From: a bacterium
GTDB lineage: Bacteria; JAHJDO01
Length of the DNA: 46,064 nt
NCBI GenBank assembly: GCA_043824255.1
Contig: JBDRTG010000026.1
Location: forward strand, 1 to 46,064
Reading direction: 5' to 3'
Positions 1-9,524 of the stretch are shown here, piece after piece. The notes below the pieces were generated by a model, which worked only from the letters and a program-made list of their open reading frames with translations, searched no databases and was not told the origin of the DNA. How positions within the stretch are numbered: the stretch's first letter is position 1; each line of letters opens with the position of its first letter. Both the position numbers and the translations under genes were made by a program.

Positions 1-50
1 AAACGCTTTAATTCCCTTTGACTCGCCATGATTATGTCCCTTTCTGCCAT
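1..50 (-). CDS. Transposase N-terminus (partial): MAERDIIMASQRELKR...
   Basis: ATG at 50 (minus) preceded by GAGGAGG. Runs off the window end. Resembles N-termini of ISNCY/IS481-like transposases. Confidence 0.7.
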   Translation of the reverse strand, partial: MAERDIIMASQRELKR

Positions 51-141
51 AATACCCTCCTCTCAAATCGGGTATTATAGCTTCCTTAAAAGCGGACATT
101 TCTATTTTGGCTAATTAGGACATTATCATTTTGGTATTACA
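1..141 (-). mobile_element. Left end of an insertion sequence (IS481/IS1202-like, 'ISNCY'), truncated by the window edge
   Basis: 3-141 is the exact reverse complement of 45926-46064. It starts TGTAATACC on the minus strand, has two internal repeats (CCAAAATGATAATGTCC / CCAAAATAGAAATGTCC), and contains an RBS plus an ORF start reading outward. Confidence 0.85.
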
Positions 142-238
142 TAAAAATGACAACAGAAGTTTTGATTGTATTACCCATCGTCTAATGCTAAAATTATTAC
201 AGTTAATTTCAAAGAAAAGAGTGGAGGCTGATAAAAGT

Positions 239-787
239 ATGAAAAAGGTCATGTTAATATTCGTGTTTTGTCTATTTCCGCTTATTCAGCACACCCACGC
301 TTCTGCTGAGAATAAGGATCAAAACATATCTGCAGAAATAAAGGTTAATATAGATGGGGAAGAGAAGACTATAAAATTTACTAAGGAAGAGATAGAAAAG
401 CAAAAAACAGATTCTGATGAAGCGCTTAAAAAAATAAAGGAAAAAGAATTACATTATTATTCCAGGTGGAAACGTTATCAGAAAAAAGACAAAAATGATA
501 AAGATATTTGGATAAGATACGAAATCTATCAGGGGAAACATCCTTATTCCAGTTCTGATGACGCATTTGGAAGCAATATGGGTATCCAGCGATCTTATGC
601 ATCATTTTTAGTTGGTGATAGAGTAAAATACGTTGGTCCTAAAAAAGGACTTGTAGGTGAAAAAGGTACTGTGATTAAAAACATGGATAAATACGGAACT
701 TCAAATTATAGCAGAAAGATACAGGTAAGATTTGACAACAGAGGGAAAAAGACGTTAAGGCCTGTAGACTTAGAGAAGGCTGAATAA
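239..787 (+). CDS. Secreted hypothetical protein with C-terminal SH3/KOW-like beta-barrel
   Basis: The ORF track starts at 131, inside the IS end. ATG 239 has GGAGG upstream and a signal peptide MKKVMLIFVFCLFPLIQHTHASA. The C-terminal FLVGDRVKYVG..GEKGTV..IQVRFD pattern is SH3-like. Confidence 0.6.
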   Translation: MKKVMLIFVFCLFPLIQHTHASAENKDQNISAEIKVNIDGEEKTIKFTKEEIEKQKTDSDEALKKIKEKELHYYSRWKRYQKKDKNDKDIWIRYEIYQGKHPYSSSDDAFGSNMGIQRSYASFLVGDRVKYVGPKKGLVGEKGTVIKNMDKYGTSNYSRKIQVRFDNRGKKTLRPVDLEKAE

Positions 788-796
788 ATCTGTTTT

Positions 797-1843
797 CTAA
801 ATAGGGAGAGTAATCTCTCTCTTCTCTCTCTGAGACCTGTATATCCCAATTATTATCTCCACGGCTTTTCTTCCTTCTTCACCATTTATTTTGGGCTCTC
901 TATCTGTTCTTATTGCTTCTACCATGTCAGCTATCTGACACATGTGTCCTTCAGAACTCAACTGTTTTGTTGGATCATTTGCTGAAGTTGAGGTTTTCCC
1001 TTTACCTATGTTTTTTATCTGAGTATCTTGTTCTTGTTGGGTTTCAAAATCCCACTTTTCAATTTTCTCTCCATTAATTACAACTGAACCTTTTTCTCCA
1101 TGAATTGAGATCACAGGATCATATCCTGGATATATGCATGACGCTCCCTCTATTACACCAAGAGCACTGTTTTTGAATTTAATTATAGCTACAGCGGTAT
1201 CCTCTACCTCTACCTTGCGTGCTAATGTTCCAGTATAAGCATTTATACTTGATACATCTCCAGTCAGGTAATATAGTGCATCTATTGTATGTATAGACTG
1301 ATTCATCAGAGCGCCACCACCATCAAGCTCCCACGTTCCGCGCCACTGTCCGCTATCATAATATTCCTGACTTCTAAAGCATTTTAGAGTTCCATCTACA
1401 AGAACTATTTTCCCAAATCTACCTTGTTCAATAGCCTCCTTTGTCTTTACTATTGCTGGTTTAAACCTTGTTGGAAAAATTACGCACAGCTTTAAATTGT
1501 TTTTCCTGCATGCATCTATTATCCTATCGCACTTTTCTAACGTTATATCCAAAGGTTTTTCCACTATAAGATGTTTGCCTTTTTCTGCAGCCTTAAGAGC
1601 AGATTCCATATGCAGTCCACTTGGTGTGCATATATTTACAACATCTATATCGTCTCTTTCCAGCATTCTCTCATAATCTGTGTAAGCATCTGCATTATAC
1701 TTATCCGCAAGCTGCTTTGCTTTTTCTTCAACTATGTCCGCTACTGCCACCAGTTTTGCGCCATCAATCTTTGATATTGCGTCTGCATGAAATGGCCCTA
1801 TATTACCTGTTCCTATAATTGCAAACCTCAGTTCATCAGCCAT
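797..1843 (-). CDS. Gfo/Idh/MocA family NAD-dependent oxidoreductase
   Basis: Rossmann GTGNIG, ICTPSGLH, VEKP, WRGTWELDGGGALMNQSIH motifs. Confidence 0.9.
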   Translation of the reverse strand: MADELRFAIIGTGNIGPFHADAISKIDGAKLVAVADIVEEKAKQLADKYNADAYTDYERMLERDDIDVVNICTPSGLHMESALKAAEKGKHLIVEKPLDITLEKCDRIIDACRKNNLKLCVIFPTRFKPAIVKTKEAIEQGRFGKIVLVDGTLKCFRSQEYYDSGQWRGTWELDGGGALMNQSIHTIDALYYLTGDVSSINAYTGTLARKVEVEDTAVAIIKFKNSALGVIEGASCIYPGYDPVISIHGEKGSVVINGEKIEKWDFETQQEQDTQIKNIGKGKTSTSANDPTKQLSSEGHMCQIADMVEAIRTDREPKINGEEGRKAVEIIIGIYRSQREKREITLPI

Positions 1844-2133
1844 TATCTTATCCCTCCCTTAACCAGCACTTCTACCTCTTTTGATGGAGGAACCTCCAGT
1901 TCCCATCTCTTTATTTCTTTGCCATCCTTTTCCACCAATGTTGTTGGAATGTTATCCACATTATAGAAGGCACCTTCTGCTAATCCCTCAACCGTGTCCA
2001 TATTATAGAAAGACATCTTAACCTGATTAGACACATTCCATTTTGGCAGAAAGAATTCCAGTTTGTTTTTTGTAGTCTTACACTTTGCGCAGTCAGGCTT
2101 GCCAAATACCTTTATACTTGTACTCTCTGCCAT
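1843..2133 (-). CDS. Thioredoxin/glutaredoxin-like protein (NrdH-like redox partner)
   Basis: GKPDCAKC CxxC motif and cis-Pro IPT. Lies immediately downstream of nrdD. Confidence 0.75.
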   Translation of the reverse strand: MAESTSIKVFGKPDCAKCKTTKNKLEFFLPKWNVSNQVKMSFYNMDTVEGLAEGAFYNVDNIPTTLVEKDGKEIKRWELEVPPSKEVEVLVKGGIR

Positions 2134-2148
2134 AATACATGTCTCCCT

Positions 2149-4551
2149 TCACGCTATTTTATATTGACCTTTTTGCCTATCCCTTAATTCTCCAAGCTTT
2201 GATTTATTCCAGTTATTTACTCTGCTGAAATATCCAACGATTCTTGTTATACCATACACATCCATACTAGCGCAATTACCGCATACATCAACTAAACCAC
2301 GCGTAGTCTTTTTACAACTATTACAGATTGTAAATTCGGGAGATATAGCTAGCTGCGCAGCCTTTGTATTATAAAAAGTCTTCTTAACAAGATTAAATAT
2401 ACTTTCAGGAGAAGGTTTTTGCTCCCCGATAAATGCATGCAGGATAGCACCTGATTCTATCATTGTATGAAACTTCGCCTGCTTTTCTATCCTTTCTACT
2501 AAACCCATAGGAGCGTCTGCACGGAAATGAATAGAATTAGTATAATAGTATTCATCCTGAGCCATATTGCCTCTTACTATATCCTTGCTTTCAGGGTATT
2601 CTCTCATATCCACCTTTGCAAGGCGTCTTGCTGCGCTCTCTGCCGGTGACTCTTCAAGCGCAACTCTTAATCCGTGTTTTTGCTCATATTTCTTAGTAGT
2701 CAGGTTCATAAAGGAGATTATCTTGAGCCCTAACCTGTATGTCTCGTCATCTTCATGAAGCTCCTTTCCAGTTAAATAGTGTACACACTCATTAAGTCCT
2801 ATAATACCAATTATATAAGTAGCCTCATCCAGATCAACATACTGTCTTCCATCCTTTGCCTTTTTACCAATCTGCCATAATGGCATAGTTTTATCCTTCA
2901 TAAGAGATGCAATAAACTTTTTCTTTTGTATATGAGCTATCATAGCTAAATCCATTGCATGTTCAATCTCTTTGTAAATGCTGTCCACATTGCCTTTTCC
3001 AGCTCTGTAAGCTGCTTGCGGCAGATTTATTGTAACATTCTGAAATCCACAAAAACGCATGCTTTCAGGATGTTTTATCATATAATCATCTTTTATCTGG
3101 GTTCTCAGACGACAGCAGGCGCTGAGTGTAACCTCATCCCTGTCAAACACAAAATACGGAGTACCATTCTCACTTGCTATTTCACACGCATATTTAATAA
3201 GTTCAAGCTGATCTGGGTCATTGAATGTTTCCTCACTTATATGCAGATCCATTTTAGGAAATGCAAATACATTTCCATAGCGGTCCCCAGCTCTCCATAC
3301 ATCCATCATTGCCTTGGTAAATTTCTGAGCCCACGGTTCATACTCTGCATAAGTCTTGCCTGTGTATTCTCCCTTTGGCCCTATAGCTTCAATATTTTTT
3401 AGATATCCAGGAATACCTGTATGAATATTAAAATCCAAAAATAATGTTTGTCCTCCGCGGCTGAAAGCATTTTGGCTGGCGCTAAAGATCAGATACTGCG
3501 CCTCCTGGCGCATTTTCTTCTCACTCATTCCAACAACATACGGAGCATAGAAGATATTTATATACCCAACACCCAGAGCTCCTGCATAATAAGCCTGCAT
3601 GGATGCTAAAAATGTATTTAAGTGTCCTGTCAGGGTTCTGGCGTGAGAAGCCGGAGCTGAAGAGGTGTCTAAATTTACTAATTCAAGTCCATACTTTTTT
3701 ATGTATTCCAGAGAATGAGAGGAACAATATACTCTTGTAGGATATCCAAGATCGTGCAAATGAATTATGCCTTTAAGATGCGCTTCGGCAATGTCCGGAC
3801 TAAATATCTTCCGCAAAGCATATTGCTTTAAAGTACTCTCTGCAATTGTTAAGTTTATCGCTTCCGGATTATTAACAGCAATATTGGAATTCTCATTACT
3901 TTTAGAAAAGATAAGTTGCTCTATGTCAAATATTGGCATTCCCAATACCTGCTGCTTTGAAAGTTTTTGTTTGTATCCATTGATAAACAGCTCATTATCC
4001 ACCAGCTCTCTTATAAGGGATGTAGAGATCTGTGTAAGACCAGATGTAAAGATGTTTTCTTCAACAGACGTAGCTATTGCGTCTGCTATTGACTGAGACA
4101 CACCAGCTTCTTTTACAAGAGCCATTGATATTTTCGCTTTATTCCACGGGAGAATTTCATCCTGAGTAATAGTTGACACAAAAAGAGATAGGTCAGTAGT
4201 TGTTGCCTTTACTTTTTTCTCCTTTCTAACCTGAAGCATTTCCCGTAGTCGGCTACGCTCATTTCTATAGAGAATATATGCCTTAGATGTTTTAGCATGC
4301 CCTGTTTCAATAAGCACTTTCTCTACAATATCTTGAATTTCTTCTATTTCCGGGATCTTATCTCTAAAGTTTTGCTCAAGATATGAAGTTATAGCATTGG
4401 TTAATTCCTTAGCTACTGTTTTATCCTGTCCGCCAACAGCTGTTGCAGCTTTAAAAATAGCCTGCATAATCTTGTTTTTGTCAAATGGAACTATTCTGCC
4501 ATCCCTTTTTCTAACTGAGGTAAGTGTGCGTGTATTTGCCATTTTTAACAT
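2149..4551 (-). CDS. nrdD: Anaerobic (class III) ribonucleoside-triphosphate reductase with two N-terminal ATP-cones
   Basis: ATP-cone VRKRDGRIVPFDKNKI, IHLHDL, SACCRL finger loop, ESPAES, YYTNS, Zn ribbon CNSC..CGNC, glycyl-radical RIVGYF. Start may be ATG 4542. Confidence 0.95.
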   Translation of the reverse strand: MLKMANTRTLTSVRKRDGRIVPFDKNKIMQAIFKAATAVGGQDKTVAKELTNAITSYLEQNFRDKIPEIEEIQDIVEKVLIETGHAKTSKAYILYRNERSRLREMLQVRKEKKVKATTTDLSLFVSTITQDEILPWNKAKISMALVKEAGVSQSIADAIATSVEENIFTSGLTQISTSLIRELVDNELFINGYKQKLSKQQVLGMPIFDIEQLIFSKSNENSNIAVNNPEAINLTIAESTLKQYALRKIFSPDIAEAHLKGIIHLHDLGYPTRVYCSSHSLEYIKKYGLELVNLDTSSAPASHARTLTGHLNTFLASMQAYYAGALGVGYINIFYAPYVVGMSEKKMRQEAQYLIFSASQNAFSRGGQTLFLDFNIHTGIPGYLKNIEAIGPKGEYTGKTYAEYEPWAQKFTKAMMDVWRAGDRYGNVFAFPKMDLHISEETFNDPDQLELIKYACEIASENGTPYFVFDRDEVTLSACCRLRTQIKDDYMIKHPESMRFCGFQNVTINLPQAAYRAGKGNVDSIYKEIEHAMDLAMIAHIQKKKFIASLMKDKTMPLWQIGKKAKDGRQYVDLDEATYIIGIIGLNECVHYLTGKELHEDDETYRLGLKIISFMNLTTKKYEQKHGLRVALEESPAESAARRLAKVDMREYPESKDIVRGNMAQDEYYYTNSIHFRADAPMGLVERIEKQAKFHTMIESGAILHAFIGEQKPSPESIFNLVKKTFYNTKAAQLAISPEFTICNSCKKTTRGLVDVCGNCASMDVYGITRIVGYFSRVNNWNKSKLGELRDRQKGQYKIA

Positions 4552-5006
4552 CCCCTATTTTTGATTATAGTCTTTGCATGGTCCAGGAAATCTCCTATAT
4601 CTTCAAATTGACGATATACTGAAGCGAATCTTACATATGCAACTGCGTCCAAATCGTGCAGCTTTTTCATAACCAGTTCACCTATTTCCTCTGAAGTAAC
4701 CTCCTTATTCATGTCATTCCAGAGTTTTCTCTCTATGTCATTTACTATCTGCTCCAAAACATCCATGCTTATAGGCCTTTTTTCACAGGCTGTTACAATG
4801 CCATTTAGAAGCTTCTCCCTGTCAAACTCCTCCCTGCGATTATCTTTTTTAACAACCATAATTGGAATCAACTCTATCTTTTCGTAAGTAGTAAATCTCT
4901 TTGCGCATTTTAGGCATTCTCTTCTTCGTTTTATAACATTATTTTCTTTACTTTCTCGGGAATCAATTACCTTGTCTTCCTGATGACCGCAGAATGGACA
5001 CTTCAT
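4545..5006 (-). CDS. nrdR: Transcriptional repressor NrdR
   Basis: MKCPFC..VIDSR..RRRECLKC..RFTTYE, ATP-cone, VAYVRFASVYRQF. Confidence 0.97.
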   Translation of the reverse strand: MKCPFCGHQEDKVIDSRESKENNVIKRRRECLKCAKRFTTYEKIELIPIMVVKKDNRREEFDREKLLNGIVTACEKRPISMDVLEQIVNDIERKLWNDMNKEVTSEEIGELVMKKLHDLDAVAYVRFASVYRQFEDIGDFLDHAKTIIKNRGC

Positions 5007-5014
5007 TTAAAACA

Positions 5015-5061
5015 ATACCCTATATTGTGTAAAAAAAAATATAACACCCAACATATAGGGT
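5015..5061. promoter_or_regulatory. Tandem NrdR boxes
   Basis: 16-mers at 5015-5030 (minus ACACAATATAGGGTAT) and 5046-5061 (ACCCAACATATAGGGT) resemble acaCwAtATaTwGtgt. They are 31 bp apart and lie directly upstream of nrdR-nrdD. Confidence 0.85.
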
Positions 5062-5066
5062 GTCAA
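5038..5066 (-). promoter_or_regulatory. Sigma70 promoter of the nrdR-nrdD operon
   Basis: Minus strand TTGACA (5066-5061), 17 nt, TATATT (5043-5038), overlapping an NrdR box. Confidence 0.7.
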
Positions 5067-5078
5067 GGCAAAAAAATT

Positions 5079-5564
5079 TTACTCCTCGTACTCTAGCTCT
5101 TTATCATTTAAGACATCAAGTTGAATGCCAACTTGAGCAAACATTTTTCTGGTTAAACTGGCAGTATGATATTTTTTTTGACATACAACCCGTTTAATGC
5201 CAGCGGCGATTATTATGCGGGCGCATACTGAACATGGCTCCATCTTGACATAAAGAGTAGCACCTTCCAGAGCCACGCCTATTCTAGCTGCATGCACAAT
5301 GGCATTTTGCTCAGCATGTATGGTGCGGACACAATGGTCATGTAATTTCCCCGAATTATCTTCTTCTTCAGTTGATTTAATCATTAAATGCCCAACTTCA
5401 TCGCAATGAGTCAGTCCTGGCGGAGAACCAACATAACCAGTAGAGAGAATATGGTTATTCCTAACAATTACACAACCCGCCCGCCCGCGTCCACAAGTAG
5501 CTCGGGAGGCTGTTGTTTCCATTATCTTCATAAAATAACTATCCCAATTTTGTCTTTTACTCAT
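5079..5564 (-). CDS. dCMP deaminase (ComEB-like)
   Basis: WDSYFM..RATC..GYVG, HAEQNAI and PCSVC zinc-deaminase motifs. Confidence 0.9.
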   Translation of the reverse strand: MSKRQNWDSYFMKIMETTASRATCGRGRAGCVIVRNNHILSTGYVGSPPGLTHCDEVGHLMIKSTEEEDNSGKLHDHCVRTIHAEQNAIVHAARIGVALEGATLYVKMEPCSVCARIIIAAGIKRVVCQKKYHTASLTRKMFAQVGIQLDVLNDKELEYEE

Positions 5565-5576
5565 TAATTCTACTCC

Positions 5577-7949
5577 TTAAAATCTGACTGCTGAGCTTTG
5601 CTCTTCAGCTGTCTCTCTTCTCTTCTCCGTGTACAGGCTTCTGAATCTGACCTTGCCGCTTCTATACGCAGATAAGTTAAATGATATAAAGAAACCTGTT
5701 TCATCCGGATTATCGGACCTGTTTCTTGTTCGCACAATAAATTCTACATCCCAGCAGCACATATTATGCCAGACTGAAAACTCCTGTTTCTCCCACGCAG
5801 ATCTCTCCACATCATACATATTATACGCTTTGACAGCCCATTTTTTGTTAATTTCCCATCTTGTAGAATTCTCCCATAAGTGTCTATCTGTGTCATTGTT
5901 ATACCGTAATCCAAAGGATGTCTCAAATTTATCTACAGGATAAAAGACAATGTCTCCGCTTATTGAACTTAATTCATCCCTATACATGTCATAATTGCTC
6001 TCAGTACGTATGCCAAGCTTACCTGTAGGATTTATTTGCAGATCACTTGAAATGTCTGTAAAACGATGCGTAGTGTGTATGTTTTGATCATACTTTGTTC
6101 CAACGTTCCAGTATAATATATCTCTTTTACTATAACTTGTTGTTTTAATTAGTTTATTATCTTTGTCCCTTGTTATGTCTTCATGTTTTTTCTTAATTTG
6201 TATCCTGTTTATCAATGAAAAGTCAAAATAGTCCAGATCTGCCAGTCTGTCAAGTTCGTCAAAATAATAGAGATCACTCTGATCCATTTGAGGCGAAGGT
6301 CTATAGTGATAGCTTGCGATCGGCTCCAGTACATGTCTTATCTTATTTATTTCTCCGAGTTCGTTTACCTCCATTGTCTTATATAACTTTGTACTTGCCT
6401 CAATATCGCCTCTATAAATTCCTCTAAGCACATTATCTTTGCCGTATTTATCTTCGCTGAACCATGTTTCTTCATACCCTATAGAAGGATCTATTCTTAA
6501 CCAACCAAAATATTTACGCGGCATAGAGAGCGTATTACTCACATCCACGCGCTGTCTTTGAAAATTATCAGATTCCTTTTCAAGATTTACAGCACTGCCC
6601 TCCAGCTTATAGAAAAATGATGAATCACCTATTCGCTGTTTACTCGTTCCAAAATCTATCTCTGGCAGACGGTCTATTACATCATCATAAAAATCATGCA
6701 TGCGCTTTCTTAAAAGCAAACCGATATAATAATCATTCCATGTCTGAAAAAGGGATAAATAAGTCTCTGGGTTTCTTGTAAGTGACTCTTCTTCCCACCC
6801 TTTCAAGTATTCCTCATCAAAGAAATCCTCATTGTAGTCAGGATCGCTGAGTTTTTCTATCTTAGTTGTGCCGTAGAGCCCTCCTCCAAAATCTTGTTTG
6901 TGTCTATAGTACAGTTTCCACCTATTCCATTTATCATCTTTCTCATCAGAAATGGCCACCCCATATTCATCTTTGTGATCGTCTCCGATTTCTTTATAGT
7001 AATTCTTGCTTTCGTATATCTGATATCCATACAAATATCCTTTACCTCCATCGGTCCTATAGTCAACATCAAGTCCCTTTCCCATAGGAAATCGTGCTTC
7101 ATCTATTTCTTCTTCCGGGTATTCATGCTGTCTGCCCCATCCTCTTTGTTCAATATAATCTCCATATACCCGACCGCGTAAGTTCTTATTAACATACCAG
7201 TTATAATAAGCAAGAGTCATCCATCCATCGCGGTTATTCTGCCCAAGCCAGATAACCCATCCATAAGGAATATGTTTCAGAGGAAATGCATATGCAGGTA
7301 TATAAAAAGCAGGAATCCCCTTGAAAGACAGAACAGCGTTGTATACCCAGATTCTATCATCAAGAATAATCTTCATCCGACTTGCTTTTATCACATAATG
7401 AGGCGAAGTTTTAGGGCATGTTGTAAGAATTGCATTATGAACATCGTATTCTTCCGAAGAAAGCCTCTCCATATTCTCCGCATCCCAAAACCATGGTGGA
7501 GTGCGTCCTTTTATGCTTTCCACTGTTGCTTGTCCACTCAGAATATCATAGGTTATAATCTCTGCTTGTATCTTATTTTTATTTTCAAAAAAGGTTACAT
7601 CCCCTTTAGCAATGATCTTCTTTTCTGTTAGATTTACCTTACACCAGTCCCCCGTCATACGTATGGGCTTATATTTAACTTCAACATTGCCTTTGCCAAT
7701 AATTACATTGCCTTGTTCTGAGTATTCCAGTTGATCTGCATTTATATCAATGGCAGGCTTTGCTGGTTCTGGAACAGGTTGTGCTGCTTCTAGAGGTTTT
7801 GTTGTTTCTGGAGGACTTACCATCTCTGCGAATACTCCCCCTGCAAGGGAACAAACTGACAAGCAAAAAAATAATAAAACGCAACAAACTAGGCTGCCTC
7901 TGGCAGCAATTTTTAATTTTAAATTCTTAATTTTTAATTGAAGATTCAT
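5577..7949 (-). CDS. lptD: LPS assembly outer-membrane protein LptD
   Basis: Signal peptide, OstA-like N-domain (INADQLEY..GNVEV), TTCP..PHY, beta-barrel with alternating aromatics, C-terminal CCW. Start codon uncertain. Confidence 0.85.
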   Translation of the reverse strand: MNLQLKIKNLKLKIAARGSLVCCVLLFFCLSVCSLAGGVFAEMVSPPETTKPLEAAQPVPEPAKPAIDINADQLEYSEQGNVIIGKGNVEVKYKPIRMTGDWCKVNLTEKKIIAKGDVTFFENKNKIQAEIITYDILSGQATVESIKGRTPPWFWDAENMERLSSEEYDVHNAILTTCPKTSPHYVIKASRMKIILDDRIWVYNAVLSFKGIPAFYIPAYAFPLKHIPYGWVIWLGQNNRDGWMTLAYYNWYVNKNLRGRVYGDYIEQRGWGRQHEYPEEEIDEARFPMGKGLDVDYRTDGGKGYLYGYQIYESKNYYKEIGDDHKDEYGVAISDEKDDKWNRWKLYYRHKQDFGGGLYGTTKIEKLSDPDYNEDFFDEEYLKGWEEESLTRNPETYLSLFQTWNDYYIGLLLRKRMHDFYDDVIDRLPEIDFGTSKQRIGDSSFFYKLEGSAVNLEKESDNFQRQRVDVSNTLSMPRKYFGWLRIDPSIGYEETWFSEDKYGKDNVLRGIYRGDIEASTKLYKTMEVNELGEINKIRHVLEPIASYHYRPSPQMDQSDLYYFDELDRLADLDYFDFSLINRIQIKKKHEDITRDKDNKLIKTTSYSKRDILYWNVGTKYDQNIHTTHRFTDISSDLQINPTGKLGIRTESNYDMYRDELSSISGDIVFYPVDKFETSFGLRYNNDTDRHLWENSTRWEINKKWAVKAYNMYDVERSAWEKQEFSVWHNMCCWDVEFIVRTRNRSDNPDETGFFISFNLSAYRSGKVRFRSLYTEKRRETAEEQSSAVRF

Positions 7950-7956
7950 AATTTAA
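7908..7956. repeat. Degenerate 7-bp periodic tract at the lptD 5' end
   Basis: AATTTTT AATTTTA AATTCTT AATTTTT AATTGAA GATTCAT AATTTAA, encoding MNLQLKIKNLKLKI. Confidence 0.55.
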
Positions 7957-7964
7957 GTGCTCAT

Positions 7965-7994
7965 AAGCTACCAAAAACAGAAAGACTATGTCAA
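7965..7994 (-). promoter_or_regulatory. Putative sigma70 promoter of lptD
   Basis: Minus strand TTGACA (7994-7989), 18 nt, TAGCTT (7970-7965). Confidence 0.45.
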
Positions 7995-8022
7995 CAGAAA
8001 TTCAAAACACTATATAAAGTTC

Positions 8023-8982
8023 TTAAAAGGCATTCTGGATTAGTTTAAAATCAACCATATTCTTTTTTGAATCAAACAGGATAGAGACCACATCAAAACG
8101 AAAACAGAGATTCTGATACTTACTTGTTTTAATATATGCTTCTGCAATACGACGAATTCTATTCTGCTTAGTGCGAGTAACTGAACTTTCTGGCGGGCCA
8201 AATCTGTCTGACGAACGAGTTTTAACCTCAATAAACACCAAAGTATCCTTATCCTTTGCAATAATATCTATTTCCCCCCATAGAGACCTATAATTTTTTT
8301 CAATGATTTTATATCTCTTTGTCTTGAGGAATCTACATGTAAAGTCTTCTCCATATTCTCCTAAAGATATCTTGCCCTTTTGCTTATTCTCCTTTTCCAG
8401 AACAGGAGAAAAGGACCTTCTGTGAATAGAAGATATGCCAAACTTTGCTATTGCTTCAAGATGAAACTGTGTAGCGTACCCCTTATGTTTTTCAAAGCCA
8501 TACTGAGGGTATTGTTTTGCGTAATCTATCATTATTCTGTCTCTTGTGACTTTTGCAATAATAGACGCGGCAGCTATAGACGCGCTTTTTGAATCACCCT
8601 TAACAATTGCTATCTGTGGCTTTTTTAAACTTGGCACTCTTAATCCGTCAACTAATATATATTCTGGAGAGACGTTTAGGTTATCAACTGCTCTATTCAT
8701 AGCGCGGTGTGTGGCAGCCAATATATTGATTTTATCTACTTCTTCTGTATCTGCAATTCCAATACCAACACCTAGCGCTACATCATATATTTGATTAAAT
8801 AAACTATCTCTTTTTTTTGGACTGAGCTTTTTAGAATCGTTTAAGCCCTGGATATCACAACATTCAGGAAGGATCACTGCGCCTGCAACAACTGGCCCTG
8901 CAAGAGGGCCTCTGCCAGCCTCATCCAGACCTGCAATTAAGTTTTTGCCCTGTGCATACAACTTGTTTTCATAAAAAAACAT
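8023..8982 (-). CDS. rnhB: Ribonuclease HII fused to a C-terminal YraN (UPF0102) nuclease-like domain
   Basis: N-part has GLDEAGRGPLAGPV, DSKKL, KGD..IAAASIIAKVTRD, HKGY, HRRSF. C-part has GEYGE..NYRSLWGEIDIIA..VFIEVKTR..RFDVV. Single open frame. Confidence 0.9.
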   Translation of the reverse strand: MFFYENKLYAQGKNLIAGLDEAGRGPLAGPVVAGAVILPECCDIQGLNDSKKLSPKKRDSLFNQIYDVALGVGIGIADTEEVDKINILAATHRAMNRAVDNLNVSPEYILVDGLRVPSLKKPQIAIVKGDSKSASIAAASIIAKVTRDRIMIDYAKQYPQYGFEKHKGYATQFHLEAIAKFGISSIHRRSFSPVLEKENKQKGKISLGEYGEDFTCRFLKTKRYKIIEKNYRSLWGEIDIIAKDKDTLVFIEVKTRSSDRFGPPESSVTRTKQNRIRRIAEAYIKTSKYQNLCFRFDVVSILFDSKKNMVDFKLIQNAF

Positions 8983-9011
8983 ACATCTATGACGTTACCT
9001 GAATCCGGCTT

Positions 9012-9500
9012 TTACTGAGTATCTACCTTTTTTTGAATGTCTTCTGATAAGTTCTTTTCTGTCTGGGTCTCTAAAACAGATGCTTTAACTTTAATCTGCC
9101 TTTTCTTTTCCTTAACCTTAGCTGCTTTTCCAACTCTTTCACGCAAGTAATATAATTTTGCCCTTCTGACAGCACCTCGTTTTGCGACCTCGATCTTTGT
9201 AATATTCGGAGAATGTAGAGGAAATATTCTTTCTACTCCCTCGCCATAGCTGACTTTTCTTACTGTAAATGTCTCGCTGATGCATCCTCCCTTTCTTCTA
9301 ATCACAATGCCTTGAAATACTTGAACACGCTCTTTTTTCTCTGCCTTTTCCTTCTTCTGCCCCATCTTCCCTTTTTTCGCTGCTACCTCTTCTACGATCT
9401 TTACATGAACTTTTACTGTATCTCCTATACGAAAATCAGGGATACTGTCTTTTCTTTGCGACTTACTTATTCCATCCAGAATACTTCCTATGTTAGACAT
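9012..9500 (-). CDS. rplS: 50S ribosomal protein L19
   Basis: [49 protein letters not shown]. Confidence 0.97.
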   Translation of the reverse strand: MSNIGSILDGISKSQRKDSIPDFRIGDTVKVHVKIVEEVAAKKGKMGQKKEKAEKKERVQVFQGIVIRRKGGCISETFTVRKVSYGEGVERIFPLHSPNITKIEVAKRGAVRRAKLYYLRERVGKAAKVKEKKRQIKVKASVLETQTEKNLSEDIQKKVDTQ

Positions 9501-9524
9501 ATCATCTCCTCCAGAAAAGTTATT

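Noticed and set aside
131..238. N-terminal extension of the first ORF
   Set aside because: The TTG start lies inside the IS end; ATG 239 has an RBS and a signal peptide.
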